NCBI GenBank assembly: GCA_016186955.1
Contig: JACPKP010000007.1
Span: forward strand, 1,962-65,961
Source of the DNA: Candidatus Daviesbacteria bacterium
GTDB taxonomy: Bacteria > Patescibacteriota > Microgenomatia > Daviesbacterales > UBA10151
Direction of reading: 5' to 3'
DNA length: 64,000 nucleotides
Position 1 is the first letter of the stretch; each line of letters begins with the position of its first letter. The notes under the pieces were generated by a model. That model had not been told where the DNA came from, searched no databases, and worked only from the letters and a program-made list of their open reading frames with translations. Both the position numbers and the translations under genes were made by a program. Below are positions 61,926-64,000 of this stretch, piece after piece.

Positions 61926-62324
61926 TTACTTACCTTGTTTTTCAGGTTGTTTAGTGTGTTCCTTATGAGCTTGGTTGTGTTCATCTCCCTCGTGGGTATG
62001 TTCAGGCTGGTTAGGATCTTCACCCTTAGCCCATCTTTTTAATACTTCATAATCAACTGCCCCACAAAGGACTACTTTTGAATCTTCGTTATAATACATT
62101 GGGACTCCTTGGCAGCCAGTTTGGAGACTAAACATCTTATTAGCGTTTTCCTCATTACCCCAAACTTCCAATCTTTCAAGTTTTACCCCAAGCTCTTTTT
62201 CTAACCTTTCATCCAGTGGTTTCATCTGATGACAATAACCACATCCCTGTCCATAAAATTTTATAAACGAAGCTTGAAAACTTCGTTTGAAAGATGAGCT
62301 TTCAAACTTGTTTATTAATGCCAT
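61926..62324 (-). CDS. Thioredoxin/glutaredoxin-like protein
   Basis: FYGQGCGYC, GVPMYY; His-rich tail. Confidence 0.8.
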   Translation of the reverse strand: MALINKFESSSFKRSFQASFIKFYGQGCGYCHQMKPLDERLEKELGVKLERLEVWGNEENANKMFSLQTGCQGVPMYYNEDSKVVLCGAVDYEVLKRWAKGEDPNQPEHTHEGDEHNQAHKEHTKQPEKQGK

Positions 62325-62329
62325 ATATT

Positions 62330-62779
62330 TCACCTTCTTTGCTTAAATCTATTTAATGCTTCAATTTGAACTTTCCTAAGGTGAATTTGAGGTCTTTTAG
62401 ATTTGATCTTTTCAATAGCATCATTTATGTCCATCCCTTTGGAGATAAAATAGGCTGCTAAAAGTGTCGGCGACCTGCCGTGTCCGTTTTTACAATGGAC
62501 ATAAACTTTTTTATTGTTTTTTACTAAACTTTCTATAACGGCAACACCGGTATTGAGTTGTTCTTGGGTCGGGGCTTGTTGGTCTTTAACAGGCAACCAG
62601 AGGTAAGTATCGATATTGGCCGTTTGTTCCTGTCTGTCTTCCTCAAGGTCAATATCTGCTTTAATTCCATGATCCAGCAGAATTTTAATGTGGGGGACGG
62701 CACTGCAACAAAGATTAGTCCCGAGATATATTAAATCTGTAATCTGATTAAGCTCTAAAATTTTGTGGTTGTTATTCAT
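62330..62779 (-). CDS. Dual-specificity protein phosphatase
   Basis: VHCKNGHGRS (HCx5R). Confidence 0.9.
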   Translation of the reverse strand: MNNNHKILELNQITDLIYLGTNLCCSAVPHIKILLDHGIKADIDLEEDRQEQTANIDTYLWLPVKDQQAPTQEQLNTGVAVIESLVKNNKKVYVHCKNGHGRSPTLLAAYFISKGMDINDAIEKIKSKRPQIHLRKVQIEALNRFKQRR

Positions 62780-62783
62780 ATTG

Positions 62784-63173
62784 TTAAAGATTGGCTACCT
62801 TTTCTTTTACCAATGTTTTTAAGTCTTCTAAGCTTTTTAGTTGATTAATTTCATTGGTTGAAATAAACTCAGTGAGCAAATTTTCCTCTTTGACAAATGC
62901 TATAGGAAAGGTAATATTTTGCCTGTCGGGATAAAATTTTAAGAATTCATCTTTGTGTAAGAACCCTACTTTAACAGGTAGCAAGTTGATAAATTCTTTC
63001 CAGTCTTTTTTCATACTAGCCCCTGAGTAAGTTAAGCTACATAAATTGCATGGATAAGTTTTAGGTGAGATTGTCTTGTGAATAAAGTCGCCAACTTGAT
63101 TAAATAAAGACGAATCAGCGTTATAGACAAACAAGACAGGCTTGCCACTGCGTGATAAAAGTTTTTTGTTCAT
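62784..63173 (-). CDS. Hypothetical protein
   Basis: FVYNADS...CNLCSLTY; operonic overlap. Confidence 0.65.
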   Translation of the reverse strand: MNKKLLSRSGKPVLFVYNADSSLFNQVGDFIHKTISPKTYPCNLCSLTYSGASMKKDWKEFINLLPVKVGFLHKDEFLKFYPDRQNITFPIAFVKEENLLTEFISTNEINQLKSLEDLKTLVKEKVANL

Positions 63174-63697
63174 TTAAGCTTCCTTTCTCCGGCTTTAATA
63201 GGAATTGGTAAAACGTTTTCTTTTGGAGTTATAGGGCAATCCCAATTGCCATTGTAAGAGCTATATGGATTGTAGGCATAATTAAAATCAACAATTAAAT
63301 TGTCCCCCTTTTTGGGAATTTGTAACATCCTGCCATTTTCATAAGTTTCTTCTCCAGTTGTTTGGTCGCGAAATAAAAGATAATATTGAAACTGTTCCTG
63401 TTCTGGATCCTCGAAAACTATCGCTTCTATTTCTTTTCCCTCAACTGTAAATGTAATTTTTCCAGCTCTTAAATAAATTTGCTCATCTCCGCCAGTGGTT
63501 TTAATATTTACCTCTTTGCTTACATCGGCAATGTTTTTATCTAGTGTTAACTCGAAACTTAAATTTGGGTTAGCGGGAAAGTAATTAAGCCCTTTAAAAT
63601 CCCTCTTTTGTCCTTCGGTTAAAGGAGATTCTTTATCGTTTTTCCAAGCCTCATCCTTTTGTTTTCTAAATTGTAAAAGCTTCTTTTCGTCGTACAT
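63170..63697 (-). CDS. DUF1684-like protein
   Basis: FRDQTTGEETY..GR, DFNYAYNP, CPI, IKAGE. Confidence 0.8.
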   Translation of the reverse strand: MYDEKKLLQFRKQKDEAWKNDKESPLTEGQKRDFKGLNYFPANPNLSFELTLDKNIADVSKEVNIKTTGGDEQIYLRAGKITFTVEGKEIEAIVFEDPEQEQFQYYLLFRDQTTGEETYENGRMLQIPKKGDNLIVDFNYAYNPYSSYNGNWDCPITPKENVLPIPIKAGERKLK

Positions 63698-63708
63698 AAT
63701 TATTTTTG

Positions 63709-64000
63709 TTATCCAATATCAAAAAATGCTCTTTGTAACCATTCAGGTAAAGCCGGATGGATATAAACAGAATTCGTGATTGCCTCTACTTTACCGTTTG
63801 CCTTCATAGCAACAATGGCCTCATGTATTAAAATGGAAGCATTAGGCCCAATAATATGACAACCTAAAATATTATCCTGCTCCGAAACTAATACTTTAGC
63901 TAAACCATTTTGCTGCAGCGCGCCTCCCATACCTGTATCTTTAAGTTCTGCTTTACCAACTTTGTAAGAAATGCCTTCTTTTTTAAGTTCTTGTTCTGTT
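63709..64000 (-). CDS. C-terminal part of a pyridine nucleotide-disulfide oxidoreductase (truncated by the window edge)
   Basis: ILGCHIIGPNASILIHE, IHPALPE. Confidence 0.8.
   Translation of the reverse strand, partial: TEQELKKEGISYKVGKAELKDTGMGGALQQNGLAKVLVSEQDNILGCHIIGPNASILIHEAIVAMKANGKVEAITNSVYIHPALPEWLQRAFFDIG

Overview
Core-genome window of a bacterium using the standard bacterial genetic code. It is most likely a CPR/Patescibacteria member of Microgenomates type (inference: no uL30 gene between rpsE and rplO, pilin-like N-termini on many secreted proteins, long ribosomal-protein tails, many apparently leaderless genes). It holds rpoB-rpoC, a fragmented str locus (rpsL-rpsG // fusA // tuf // rpsJ // rplC), the S10-spc-alpha superoperon through rplM-rpsI, tgt, tdk, cmk, a phosphomannomutase, thiolase, metK with a SAM-I-clan riboswitch, two hicBA modules, large secreted hydrolases, and tRNA-Pro(GGG) followed by a small GIY-YIG nuclease. 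The main signal is a set of small repeats that have colonised the ribosomal operon and essential ORFs. (i) A 21-nt GC palindrome sits in frame in uL2 (nested, 42 nt), uL4, uL23, Map and a protease signal peptide, and is also exactly 21 nt in two intergenic copies. (ii) Stop-free 7-nt tandem arrays host that palindrome. (iii) Four ~100-125 bp AT-rich foldbacks each end at the ATG of a 30S protein gene. (iv) A bulged-hairpin family shows covariation. (v) CGTC-type REPs link the uL22 tail to the GIY-YIG locus. A cassette-like island with a 69-bp duplication splits rpsG from fusA. Product calls rest on motif recognition only; no database searches were run.
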